From contig NC_134034.1 of NCBI RefSeq assembly GCF_964204645.1, forward strand, positions 10,490,962 through 10,554,961: a stretch of DNA of 64,000 nucleotides, read 5' to 3'. Below the pieces are notes generated by a model. That model was not told where the DNA came from and ran no database searches. It worked only from the letters and a program-made list of their open reading frames with translations. Shown piece by piece: positions 49,623-62,385 of the stretch (positions within the stretch are counted from its first letter, which is position 1; every line of letters starts with the position of its first letter). Origin of the DNA: Tubulanus polymorphus (lineage: Eukaryota; Animalia; Nemertea). Both the position numbers and the translations under genes were made by a program.

Positions 49623-51876
49623 CATTATGTATTTCATCATGTATTTCATTATGTATGTATTACGTGCGTATTTCAATTGGAAATCCATATCGCTTTTTTA
49701 TTCTGGGCCCGAACTGCAACACGCCGCACTTGGGGGTCGTGTTATTCGATTTTCGAGCCGGTCGGTTAACCATAGTACGGCGTCGGTCTGTTCAGGATGC
49801 GAGACGTTATACTTTTTTCTCGCGGATTCAACTCGCGTTGACAGTTCGGCGACGGTTCGTGTACCTGGAAAACGGTGAAAGTCTGGAAATTTTCATTTCT
49901 TTACGAAATTCGGGGGAAAAGCTATCGATAGAAAAAGCGGCCGCGCTGTTTGAAAATTACTAATCGTTTTGTGATATCGAATTAAGTTAAAAGATATCGA
50001 TTTCACTTTCGAAAACCTTGAGAACAATTTCTATCTTCTGATCGACGAGTTTTACCTCCAACTTTCCGCGCTTTCGAAAGGTAATTCTTCACTATTCACA
50101 ACTTCAGAAGTGGGTCTAAAACGGTGAAAGTTGGTTCAACATCTTCCTTTCGCAGGGATCGTTGAAGGGTTCGGTTTTTTACGAGCTTCGTCAAATGTTG
50201 TGCAATCAATGAGTTATGTACGCGGTGTTATATGAAATGTGGCGCGATCTCGTCCCAGGGAGGACCAACCGACCGACTGACTGACTGACTGTACATCGCT
50301 TGCCTGGGACTAACGGGACTGTTATTAAACAGCTGATTCACCGAACACACCGAGCCCTGCCGCCATATGTCACAGTTAACAGTCAGATAAAATAGATGTA
50401 TATACATCTAACAGGGAGGGCCATGTGCGCGGTTTATCAAAATATTAATCTATATTTGAAATATTCAGAATTTTAGTTTTAATTTCTCCTTAATACCCTA
50501 ACCTCCCTCCCAAACACCCTACCCCCCCCCCCCGGCCCCCTCAGCCCATAATTCCTTCCAATATCTACCTGCCATGTATACATGTTACCCACAGAGAGAA
50601 GACACTGATTTCCCCCACCATCCCCCTATCCCCCCGTGCCTTCCTTTTCATTGCTCCCCATCCCATTGATCCCTCCCCTATTTCACACCCCCCTTAAAAC
50701 CCTTTTAAAAAACATTTGCATACCACTTCGACGACCTTGGTTTAAACGATCCACGTCAAAACGGATATTGAACCGTTATTTCCGGGAGAGCGTGTGACGG
50801 GGGGGGGGGAACAGCGAGAGAGGGTGCCCGTGTACTTTACTGACACTTCATCAAATAAAGCCTCAAGATCCTACGATCAATACAAATTAAATTTCATTGC
50901 GTTTTCGAACCGGGGGCCGCTGCTACGATGAACGCGCGTGTTATAGTCGTTGCTATGACGCTAACGGTTCGGATTATTGAAATCGATTAATAATACGTCG
51001 TCAATAATTATCAGCGGTTGACTGACGTCGTCGCCGACTGCGGCAAGCGTGTCCCGACAGCTACACGCGACTACGCCCACGCTCCACGGTCAGCGGACTT
51101 AAGTCCAAAAATGGCGGGCCTCAGCCTTTGATCGCTGTCTAGGGTTACCAGCAGGTGCGAGGTTCCCCCCTCAACCTGCTGATTTCCACTCATTATTATT
51201 AGCGGGTTGGAGGCTCTTTTTTCAAAAATTGACCTTGACTTACGGCTGAACTTGCTCTACTGCTCCCGATTAATAGGAACTCCGCAGAACATACCTCGGA
51301 GACCCGTGGATATAGATATATCTGAGAGAAAATATCGAGCAGTTTCGAGCGGTGGTTAGTTACACGCGGTGCACCTGCAATTAATCATAATAAACAATGA
51401 CTTTTATTCAACGTTTTACGAGAGACGTAATTTAAAAAATGGCGAACAATCCGTCTGCCCGTGTCTGCGCGCGCGCAAATATAATACCTGGGTAATTATG
51501 ACGTGTCGACGTTTGACGAACCGGAAATAAGTTTTTCTTTTGAAACATTTTGAAAACGAAGTGTTTTCGGAGAATTTAGATTTTGCCGGTCTCGGAATTT
51601 ATTTCGATGAATTTTTAATTCTCCAAGCTTGCCATGTATATATACAGCAGTCCCGACACGCTAAGGAGTAAGGCTGCTGCCGTTTAAGAACAGACCAGGA
51701 CACCGGCCGCCGTAAACTTCAACGTTCTTGAGAAGCGTATGTTTCAAAATAATATTCCAAACTTTCCGATTTTTTGATATACGAAAAACTTTTCGAATTT
51801 ATCGCTCGTAATTTCTCGGGAAGTTCGTTCGTGCCTGGCGCTTGTTGCTCGAATGTTTACTAGTCGTGTTTTTGTC

Positions 51877-51960
51877 GAGAGAGCGAGAGAGAGGGAGAGG
51901 GAGAGGGGAGGGAGAGGAGGGGGAGGGAGAGTGAGGGAGGGAGAGGGGAGAGGGAGAGAG
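51877..51960. repeat. Polypurine (GA-rich) tract
   Basis: GAGAGGGAGAGG-type run, almost free of pyrimidines. Confidence 0.9.
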
Positions 51961-52311
51961 ATATCTACGTTCCATAAATCAGTAAACATCTAAGAGAGAT
52001 ATGAATCCACAACGTGCAATTCGCAAGAATGAAATGTTTATGACCTGTATTTTTTTTTTATCACTAAATTCTCAAGATTACGGGTTTCACCCACCCGGAA
52101 ACAATGCGTCTGCTTTTTTTCGTGAGTTTTCGAAAAAACAAAAATCGTCATCTATTGCGCGTCATAAAAAAGGCTTCAACTGTTTTATTTGCGAACTGGT
52201 TTTGCGCGAAATCATCCGGAATTTTTTTTTTAAACCAAAACCGTTTCGAAACGAGGCGTGAATTCGAATTTTCAAAAATTAAATATCTCGTCTTATTTTT
52301 TCTAATTGCAG

Positions 52312-52440
52312 GAAGGCTTCGTGAAGTTCTACGAAAATGGTCCGAAAGAAGAGTCGCCGTGGCCGACCATCAACCGAATAGCCGGATACGCGGTGGCCGG
52401 CGCCGCCATCTTGACGCTCGGCGCGATCCTTCGATCGTGA
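52312..52440 (+). CDS. Bcl-2-like gene terminal coding exon (end of BH2 plus C-terminal transmembrane anchor)
   Basis: After TTGCAG: EGFVKFYENGPKEESPWPTINRIAGYAVAGAAILTLGAILRS*. In frame with exon 18047-18511 and resembles vertebrate DAFVELY/DTFVELY followed by a hydrophobic tail. Confidence 0.9.
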   Translation, partial: EGFVKFYENGPKEESPWPTINRIAGYAVAGAAILTLGAILRS

Positions 52441-53153
52441 GACGGCGTCGCGTCGCGTACGTACCGCGCCACGCGCCATGCCACGCTAATCTACATCTAA
52501 ACATCGTGTTCGCTTTAAGATTTGGACAGGAAACAAAAATTCGCCTAATCCGTATTTCGAAACAAGTTTATACCGCGAGGAAAACTCCCGTCGGTTCAAG
52601 AGTCGTTAGTTCGCGATTAACTCGTTCGTCGAGGCAAAAACTCCTCGTAGTAACTCAACTCGTAATAACCTCACGAAATAGTAACTCAACTCGTAATAAT
52701 GCGCGAGTCGCTTCCTGTAACTCCCGAAACTCATTCGGTGCAAAAATTAAAACGAGTTCGCCGTGAAAAACTCGTTTTAACTCGTTTTTTGAATTTCGAT
52801 CGATGAGTTTAAGGAATGTTTTAGAACGAGATTCGGAAACCGAAAAAAAAAAAACGCTCGCCGCTTGAGCTCGGGAGTTCTTCTTCGTCGAAATACACAT
52901 CATCTACCCCTAACGAAACGATGGTACGGTTTATAGTAACGGTGTATACAGATGGCGCCCCGGTATCGTGTGCGCTATCGGCGCGAGTTTCTTGCATTTT
53001 CTAATCGTCGTCGTCGTCGTCGCCGACGGTTACACGGAACGAGGTCCGAAGAGGAGAATAACGAGGAACACGGTTTGTCGGAAAAAGATCTCATCGTTAG
53101 CGTTCAACTGAAAAATAATATGATAGTTTTATGTGATCTATAATGATAATAGT

Positions 53154-53863
53154 AATAAACATATAAATATATATCTATATATATATATATATATATATCT
53201 GTATATGATAGGCTTCATGAGAAGAAATGCTTTGCCGCGGCTTCAAGCTGACTGGCCTCGTTTCGCTTCGCTCTGACGGCGGTGGTCGCTTTGAGGTCAT
53301 CTCGGAATGTTGTCACGTTTTGAAAAATCGGCGTCCGTGAGTCGTGAGGTCGCGTGGAGATCTCACGACTTGTCAGGTCAGAGGAGATCTCACGAGATTG
53401 TCGACCGATGTCAGGTCAAGGTCTTGCAGAGATCGTCTACTTATTCACATCGAGGTCGTGTGGAGATCGTTGTTGCGTCTGCTCTGAGGTTGTGTGGAGA
53501 TCGACGTTGCGTCTGCTCCGAGGTTGCGAGGAGATCGTTGTTGCGTCTGCTCCGAGGTCGCGTGGAGATCATCGTTGCGTCTGCTCCGAGGTCGCGTTGA
53601 GATCGTCGTTGTGTCTGCTCCGAGGTCGCGTGGAGATCGTTGTTGCGTTTGCTCCGAGGTCGTGTGGAGATCGTTGTTGCGTCTGCTCCGAGGTCGTGTG
53701 GAGATCGCCGTTGCGTCTGCTTCGAGGTCGTGTTGAGATCGTCGGCTTATTTGCCTCAAGGTCGCATGTTGAGGGCATTCCTCGGACGAAGAGAGCGTGC
53801 GGATGCTCATATATCTGAAAAATACTTCGAAAATAGTATTCTTTAAACAGTAACAGGAATAAA
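53154..53863 (+). terminator. Candidate polyadenylation signals of the Bcl-2-like 3' UTR
   Basis: AATAAA at 53154-53159 and 53858-53863. The true 3' end cannot be fixed from DNA alone. Confidence 0.35.
53452..53742. repeat. 34-bp minisatellite (~9 copies)
   Basis: Unit GAGGTCGTGTGGAGATCGTTGTTGCGTCTGCTCC. Explains the repetitive ORFs at 53307-53846. Confidence 0.9.
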
Positions 53864-55924
53864 CAAACCTTAAACTCTGTACAAAAAAAAAAAATTATCG
53901 ATATTATATCTTTTAGCTGTTGTAGCTTTTAATTCCGTTAGCGATACCAAGGATCTATTGCGAATATCCGTTTAAAAGCCAGAGAGCTTCCCGATATCAT
54001 TGTTGTTGTTGTTGCCCGTAGTTACCTACTACCGTAGTTGCTGTAATGAGAGGTAATCGGTCATCGCGGTTTTAATCAGGGGGAAAAATGCCACATTAGT
54101 TTTTTAACATTTTTTGAAAACGTCGTTGTGAAACTTTCCTCGCTGTCGGCTGATTACAGGTTAAAAAAAAACGAAAAGATCTTCGCAGTGGTGGTCGGGT
54201 TTATTCAGGGGTTGTCCACGGCGATCCGTGCATTCCCCTAAGGTCGATTTTAGAGTCCATCCTGAAGAAAAACTGAAATTAAGCTCGAAAACCTGAAAAA
54301 AAGTATCGAGATATACGCGATAGTTTGCGTAGACAACGCAATCGCGACAAAACTTGAAAAATGCGCTGGATTTCTTGGACACCCCCATCCGTTTGACGTG
54401 GGTCCGCTCATGCTTCATTTCTTTGGATAGATTTATCGTTCTCCGAACTCGGAATCCGTTGAAGATTTGACCGTTACGGACAGCCATTGAGCGCGCTGGC
54501 GGCGTTTATAAGAGGTTTTTGTCATTTGTTTTTTAACGGCATCGTGTTTTGCTCCCGGGAATTCGAGGAATTGTTTGCCCGGTACGAAACAGAGCACGTC
54601 ATCGCGGAGTTTAGCGTAGTAGGCATTGTCCGCGACGGAACCGAAATAGTAATAATGCCTGGATCTATTCTCGGAAATCTCGTTTACGAAAAAAGATTCT
54701 TCGAGTTAAAATGAATATCTGGTGACGCGATTTTCGAATGAAAGATGCAACCACGTCGCTGTTGTTATCATCGTGTCCGTCCGTCTGCTCCAAGAACGGC
54801 GTCTGCTCCAAGTGCGGCGTCTGCTCCGAATGCAGCGTCTGCTCCAAGTGTACGTCTGCACTTGTTCGAGGTCGAGGTCGCAATGATGCTGGGCGAGTTG
54901 AAATTCGCGCGTTGTGTCGTCGCCAGCCGCTTGCGGCGTTGACGTTTATCGCGATCGAGAATTTTCGTCGCATGAGATTCACGAGCCGCTGCACCAGCCA
55001 CCGACGAACAACTTCCAGCATCCGGTACCAGCGACTACATTTCAGGAACACGGTTAAAACAAATTTTTCTTTTTCGGTGATATATTGTAAAAAGTTGTTG
55101 TCAAAATAATGTCGGGTTCGTTTTTATTGGTATTTTATACGTATTTAGGTTGGAAATGGTTTTTTCCGCCAGAATATTTCTTTTCGCATAGAAATTTTGT
55201 TTGAAAGTTTCTGCGCGCAGCAAAATTGAATTATGTGTGCCGAATGCCAGGGCTGCTTCTCATGATGGTTGAAACGATCTGTGCAGTTTGCCGGATCCAG
55301 AAGATTTGAACTGAGGGGGCCCTCACAAATCACCTGCGATCTTGAATTCCCGAGTCTATAAACTGACTAGTTCACAACCAAGTTATCAGAGACTATCAGC
55401 TAGTTCAAATCTATAACTGCCTAGTTCATACAAAGTGTATACTAACTAGTTCAATTCTATATGGATTAGTTCACGATTAAATTCAAAAATACTTGTTCTA
55501 GTTAGAACAGATTAGTTCTAGTTTAAACTGACTAGTTCTAGTTCAAACTGACTAGTTTGTAATGAAGTTAAAACTGACTAGCGTGTATGAAACATGTGAG
55601 TGAGTGCGAAGTTTTCTATGAAATGTAATTCTATGAATAGTTATTGCTATGAGTGCTACAGAATATAAAAGATTGTTATCGGATATAAGCGAAGTATGTG
55701 CGCGTTTCCCGATTAGGGAACGTTTGAAAATTTTGTCGAGGGTCTGCAAAATGGCATCGACTTTTTGTAAGAACCCTTTGGCTGAGTTTTTTGGGCCACG
55801 AATTCATCTTCACGGCAATGAAGGCGTCTGCCGATGAAAGTCAAAGTTTGTAGATTGATGAAAAAGCAGTTCATAATTTTAGAGTCAATGACTTTTTGAA
55901 AGTGGCGAATTTGCCAAATAAAAT

Positions 55925-56610
55925 CCACACAACTCTGTTACTGGGTCCCGAGTTAAATTAAACCCACACGACTGTGGAACTGGATCCAGAGTCAAATTGG
56001 ACCTACACAACTGTGGAACTGGATTCAGAGTCAAATTAACCTACACAACTGCTGAACTGGATTCAGAGTCAAATTAAACCCACGCAACTGTGAAACTGGA
56101 TCCAGAGTCAAATTAAACCCCCACAAGTGTGTAACTGGGTTCAGAGTAAAATTAGACCCACACAACTGTGGAACTGGATCCAGAGTCCAATTAAACCCAC
56201 ACAAATGTTTTAACTGGATCCAGAGTCCAATTAAACCCACACAACTGTGGAACTGGATCCAGAGTCAAATTAAACCCACAAAACCGTGGAACTGGATCCA
56301 GAGTCAAATTAAACCCACACAACCGTGGAACTGGGTTCAGAGTCAAATTAAACCCACACAACTGTGGAACTGGATCCAGAGTCAAATTGGACCTACACAA
56401 CTGTGGAACTGGATCCAGAGTCAAATTGGACCTACACAACTGTGGAACTGGATCCAGAGTCAAATTAAACCCACAAAATCGTGGAACTGGATCCAGAGTC
56501 AAATTAAACCCACAAAATCGTAGAAGTGGATCCAGAGTCAAATTAAACCCACACAACTGTGGAGCTGGGCCAGGTTCAAATCGAACCACAACTGTGGAGC
56601 TGGGTTCAGA
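55925..56610. repeat. 39-bp minisatellite (~17 copies)
   Basis: Unit AACTGTGGAACTGGATCCAGAGTCAAATTAAACCCACAC. An opposite-orientation array of the same family lies at ~35233-35370. Confidence 0.95.
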
Positions 56611-57008
56611 TCCTTTGTTTCACTGATGACTCGTGACATAGAGACACATCGATCGCCAATTAATTTAGATTCGTTGTTGACACTGTTGTTGTCGAGATTT
56701 CGTAATGTCGTCGTTGTTGTTGGACTAACTGTTTGACCCTCGACGCGTGACACGTCATAAAGTTTAAACGACGATTCTCGGAAATTTTTCGCACAACGAC
56801 GACGGCTGCAATTAATGTGAACGGTTTGGATTTTCGGCGAAAGACGAGTTTTAATTTGTTAATGAATGAATAAATGGCAACGTGTGGTGAATACTGATTC
56901 CATCTATCTCATTCTTCTCGATATTGATAACCTTTTACTGAACTTATGTCCCCCAATTCATAATTTCTCATCAACTTCGCTCAAAATATTCCTAGTACTA
57001 ATTGAGTT

Positions 57009-57312
57009 TACCGAGTTCCCTGATTCTCAACTCGGTGAAATATTTACAGCAGTCCCAACACGCTACCGAGTTCCCTGATTCTCAACTCGGTGAAATATTT
57101 ACAGCAGTCCCAACACGCTACCGAGTTCCCTGATTCTCAACTCGGTGAAATATTTACAGCAGTCCCAACGCTACCGGATTCCCTGATTCTCAACTCGGTG
57201 AAATATATACAGCAGTCTCAACGTGCTACCGAGTTTCCTGATTCTCAACTCGGTGAAATATTTACAGCAGTCTCAACGTGCTACCGAGTTCCTGATTCTG
57301 AACTCGGTGAAA
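57009..57312. repeat. 55-bp minisatellite (~5.5 copies) with an internal hairpin
   Basis: Unit TACCGAGTTCCCTGATTCTCAACTCGGTGAAATATTTACAGCAGTCCCAACACGC; ACCGAGTT/AACTCGGT inverted pair. Confidence 0.9.
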
Positions 57313-58820
57313 TGTTTCATCCTGGCTCCCACCTCTCATGATAAACCAACGACAACATTTCGATTCTATCGACACAAAATCAGGCTTTACGAATAAATGA
57401 ACCCGGTTCGGAACTCGGTCAGCGATCGTTGTCCCGTAGCGCTGGTCGTGTCTCATTATTTTATGCCGTTCACGAACGCATACGTGATTCCATAATTCCT
57501 CGGAGACCGGGCGGCGAACCCCGAAATCAATACCTATCAAATATCGCAGAGATGATTAGATATTTCCCGGAGGGATTCCGGAACTCGTCGTGAATTCCGC
57601 CGCGCGCTTTCGTTCTCGGTTTTACGACACGGTCACAGCCTTCGACTGCTCGACAATTTTCGCGAATTCGACCTTTACGAATCGAGAAATGAAAAATGCC
57701 CCGGATCCAGTTCGACAGTTGAGAGTTCGAGTTAATGAGGTAACTTCACGTCGAATCTAAAGTAACAATCCTGGATCGAGGAGTACTGTGGAACTCGGTC
57801 TGGTGTCACGAAATCCGTTCTCAATAATCAATTTACGGGCAGACGTTTTTTTGCCCGAACGCGAGTTTTTTTTTTTTTTCAAACGATAAATACATGGGCT
57901 AAATGTATTATAAACGTTTTCGTTATTTCTAGTCACCATTACCAGACACTGCTGGTAACTGTTGGTGCAAGTTTTATGTTGTTTTGGTTTTCACATAACA
58001 AAGGTTTTCGTTCAAGAAGAATTTTGGCAGAGTTTGCCATGGGTGGTGGTGGTGGTGGTGGTGGTAGTGTGAACAGTCCGCAGTGGATTGCAGGCTCGGA
58101 AATGTGTGGTATGCGGGTATCAGTTTGCAGTCTGGAACTGCCCCGGCAGGCATTCACCAGTTTGTACGATCAGTTTTCGAAAGTGAGCTGATAAAATGTC
58201 CAATATCTGGTGTTTGTAGTTCATTTTCAATTGAAAATGTCTCAGGTGAAGTTCTCAACACACGTGAAGTGTGGACAATCAGATTTGAAAGTGCGCTGAT
58301 AAAATATCTGATATTTGTAGTCCATTTTCAATTGAAAATATCCCAGGTGAAATCCTGAACACATGTGAAGCATTGATACTCGCCCATAAGACCAGTGGTC
58401 CATCTCTGGACTGTAGCGCTGTAACGAAGGATGTTTTAATCATCGATTATTAGTTAACACCGAATTGTGTGCGATTAGTTGAGCCAGCTCTGGCTGAACT
58501 GGTTAATGTTTTTTGAAAAAGTTATCGTATATATATACATGGTAATGTATATGGATCCTATTATAGTATATGAAATATGTATATGAATATAAATATGTAT
58601 ACATGTATATACAACTGGTAAACAGGGTACTTACTGTTTGAGAGTGAAGGGGGGGGGTTGTGGAGTTAGTGTGTTGATGTAGAAAATATATTGCAGCGTT
58701 GAAAAAAAAGGTTTTCTTCAATGACAAGTTTAAAGCTTAAACTTTGCACAGGAGTCTGGTTTTAACTAGACAATGCGACATTGGCTCCAGGCCGCAGTTT
58801 GACGGGTACTGAGTTCACTC

Positions 58821-59166
58821 TTAACCCTTTCAATGTCTACACCTTGGTGCGACGTATAAATATGCGATGCACTTTGCTAGTACATCGCATCACGGTGTAT
58901 TAATAAAGTTTGTCTATAGAAAGATAGCAGCACCTGTCAAACACAGTTGAATGGTAGTAATTGATGATACACCGCACCATGGTGTAGATGCACTTCATTG
59001 GTATATTCATTACACAGTTGAATATTAGTAACTGACGATACATGGCACCATGGTGTAGATGCACTGCATCGATATATTCGTAAAACTAGGCTGAAATTTT
59101 TTCCAAATTTCAAAAATCTCTCCAGCACTTTGTGGTATTAGTTTTGGTGAGTACTGAAAGGGTTAA
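58821..59166. mobile_element. piggyBac-like MITE copy (diverged)
   Basis: TTAACCCTTTCAATG ... GTACTGAAAGGGTTAA; interior similar to the reverse complement of 4403-4700. Confidence 0.75.
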
Positions 59167-61049
59167 TTCGTTAAAATTAGTTTATTTCCGAATGAATTTA
59201 ACTACTAGCTGTGAAACGAGTGTGTTTAGAGGATCAACCTCATTATACCTCATGAGTGATCGCCTCAGTGTAGAAGCAGTCGTGGCATCGGTATTTTTAG
59301 AACGGGAAGCTTAACGCCGCTGATTGTCAACAACTTGTTGACAGCAATTCCATTTTTATTTTAAAAAACAAAAACAAATTTTCTTTGCTTTCGTCGTAAT
59401 CATAAACTTCGCTAAAATGTGCGTCGTGAAATTAAAGTGTTCGAAATGTACTTAAAAGGTGATCGTCTATTGACGTTCGAAAGCTTTTGAAAACGATTTT
59501 GGATTTCCAGAATGTACTGTACCTAGTCCATCGATGTTCGTCGCGGTTGTTATTAGAAACTAATCATTGATGTTAACAATAGACCATTACTGAAAAATAT
59601 CGAATAACTCCGTGACTACACTAGCATTTTGAACCCGGGGGTCCGCGTCTACGCTCGAAACACGGGTTTGACGCAGAGATTTCCGCAAAACCCAGGTTTG
59701 AGAAACCCTTCTTGATAAAGAAGGGTACACTCCGCATCGAACCCACGTTCTGCATTTTCTCTTGCGTAGACCTGCGTTCAACGCAGCGTTTTGGCGCCTT
59801 GAACTTGCTCTATAGATGCGGATTCTAACTAGACGCCGCTCCCTGCGAACGTCGATCGAAACCCGGGTTCAACGAGCTAGTGTAGACGTGGTTCGTGTTA
59901 ACCGATGCAATATACTGTATTCCCGCCGGAGATCGGGGCAGAGATCGGCGATTCTAGAACATTTTCTGAAAAAAAAAAGCGAACGATTCCTTACACGAAC
60001 GCAGCAGACGTCAGGGACGTCAAGGTCACGTGTTGCATCGAACGAATGAAGATTAATTCTCGGAAGTAGTTCTCGCCTTCTGTAAAAAAAAAGTCGTAAG
60101 GATTCGTTCTTCGCAAGATTGATTTGCGCGAAAAGAAATTATACGCCTTAGATTCTTCTTGAAATTTCAGTTGGAAAGTTCGGAAGATTTGACCATGATC
60201 GTCGGATTCACGGACTGGTGTTTCGCTTCCGAAAATGCTTACGATGAGAATTGTCAGGGGCGGATCCAGGGTCGTGTCCACTAACGAAATTAAGGGCCTT
60301 TTGTAAAGCTACGCAACAATTTCATCGTTCAAATGCGCGATGAGTTTTTTTTTTGATTCATAAAACGGCTAGTTATTGCTGAAACAAAATTTCGATACTT
60401 CTTCAGTTGTTCGAGGTTTAATTTGACTTTTCGTCGGAAAATATTCGGTCCAGAATATTTGACGACGTAATTCTTAAGGGACCTCAAAATTTTAAGTGGG
60501 TGTTCGGACCCCCACAGACCCCTCGTCCGCCATTGTAATCTGCTGCTACGGTCATTTCATGTTTCCGACCAAAGCGCGATGACTTTTAACCGTTTTCATT
60601 TCTGAAGCGCGAAACCTTTTTCGCGATTTCGCGCCGTCTGCCGGCGTTCCGACCGAGGTACGAAAGACATTGCCTAAAAAAACTGCATCTGAAAAATAAG
60701 AAATATATCTGTAACGGCGCGACTGTTCTACGTGTATAGTAAAATATACTTAAAGCAACAATCAGTAATCGACAGCAGCAGTATCCGTGGTAACTGTTTC
60801 CGCGGTGATGGAACGGTATTTATGTATGCATATTATTTGGGAATATTTGTGAAATTTTGCGTGAAACATTTTTTGGCGTGACGTGCGTCCGTCGTGTTCA
60901 TTTATATAAACATCAACTATATTGGCTTAGATATTGAATACTGTATTATAAACAGATGTTTTGTGTTCGGGCATTTGGACGCGAATATACGACGATCGGG
61001 CGATTTTGACGAGTTGTATTTTAACGGAGTGAGGAATGACGGCAATTTA

Positions 61050-61390
61050 ACGGGCTATATGGAAAGTTTTAGAAAACGGAAATTTTTGGGTTTTTTTTAC
61101 CAGCCCTGGAAAAGCTATGGAAATTTTTATTTTTCTCTTCGGCTATGGAAAAGGTATGGAGAATCAGAAAATGGTCTCAAATTGAAAATGTCCTTCTATT
61201 TTGAATTTTAGGTTATATGCCTGAATGACTGACTACGCATTTGATAACAAAGTTTATGAAAAAACTTTAACACTTTATTGATAATTGGCACTTATTTACT
61301 TTGAATGGGCCTACATTGCCTGTTCTAGGTTGACCATGTGTAACTCAAGGGTATTGAATAGTCATAATCTGGGTATGGAAAGTGAAATTG
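61050..61390. mobile_element. Dispersed repeat family (GGCTATGGAAAAGGTATGGAGAA...TTGATAACAAACTTT)
   Basis: Homologous copies at ~3610-3775, ~10607-10951, ~22555-22850 and ~62600-63040; the last has an internal ~130-bp tandem duplication. Confidence 0.7.
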
Positions 61391-62069
61391 GTTTTTCCGG
61401 CAACTTCAGGGTTTTGCAAACTTCTACTGTCCCATAACGGCGCAAAATGATGTATGTGCGCCCTATTTGACCTTTGATGCGAAAATAATAGGATGCTTAC
61501 CATTACGTTATAGAACTTGCTATCCCTTGATATTTGGCATTCGGGATTGTTGACAATCTTGGTTTCTTGGTCTTTTAGATTACTGACCCTGAAGCAAAGC
61601 CTTGCATTGGAATCATTCAATGCTTTCTAGGCTTGTTGAAACGAGTCAGTGATTCTCGGTCCTTGAGAATATTGACCCTTACACCCTTGCTCTGTCGATA
61701 CCCTATTTACTGGGTTGGTTTACACACATGCGTCAGTCTTTCCAAGCTCTACTCCGGTATCCTTGGTGTTTTAAAAGATGGATCCTACCAATTTGTAAGC
61801 GTCTGTGCTTGTAAACGCTTCTGGTAACGTGCTAACCCCCCTTCGCCCTGATCGGGTATTAGTCAAGTGTTGCTTTATTATTGCTGCGTTACTTCTTCAT
61901 TTTCTCATGGTTTTTTATCAGCTCGGTTAATCGCATCGAACATGTTCTAAGCTGCAGTTGCGCAAGCGATCAAATCACGCCTGTTCCTGATGATAGGAAA
62001 CGTGCAAATGGTGTTGTGCATCTCGAGTGTTTGTGCTCATGCGGTCAAATCAAGTCTCTTCATGGTTGT

Positions 62070-62385
62070 AGGAGGCACCTTTCATTGTCCGTTGTGGCAA
62101 ATAAAGGTTTCACGGTTGAGACCTGCACTGTCGGGAGGCACCTTTCATTCTCCTTTGTGGTAAATGAGGGTTTCACGTTTGAGACCTGCACTGTCAGGAG
62201 GCACCTTTCATTCTCCTTTGTGGCAAATGAGGGTTTCACGGTTGAGACCTGCACCGTCAGGAGGCACCTTTCATTCTCCTTTGTGGTAAATGAGGGTTTC
62301 ACGTTTGAGACCTGCACTGTCAGGAGGCACCTTTCATTCTCCTTTGTGGCAAATGAGGGTTTCACCGTTGGGACCTGCACTGTTG
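62070..62385. repeat. 63-bp minisatellite (5 copies)
   Basis: Unit GGAGGCACCTTTCATTCTCCTTTGTGG(T/C)AAATGAGGGTTTCACG(T/G)TTGAGACCTGCACTGTCA. Confidence 0.9.

Noticed and set aside
52104-52766. 220-aa ORF overlapping the Bcl-2-like last exon
   Set aside because: Different frame from the exon that completes BH2 and the TM anchor; Arg-rich, no recognisable domain, spans intron and UTR.
54738-55109. Cys-rich CSKC/CSEC ORF resembling a metallothionein or zinc finger
   Set aside because: The Cys pattern comes from a short 18-bp GCGTCTGCTCC tandem repeat; no supporting gene structure.
58102-58191. MCGM... peptide as a possible ASNSD1 start
   Set aside because: No RGP motif, stops after ~29 codons, and no further glutamine amidotransferase or asparagine synthetase exons are recognisable.
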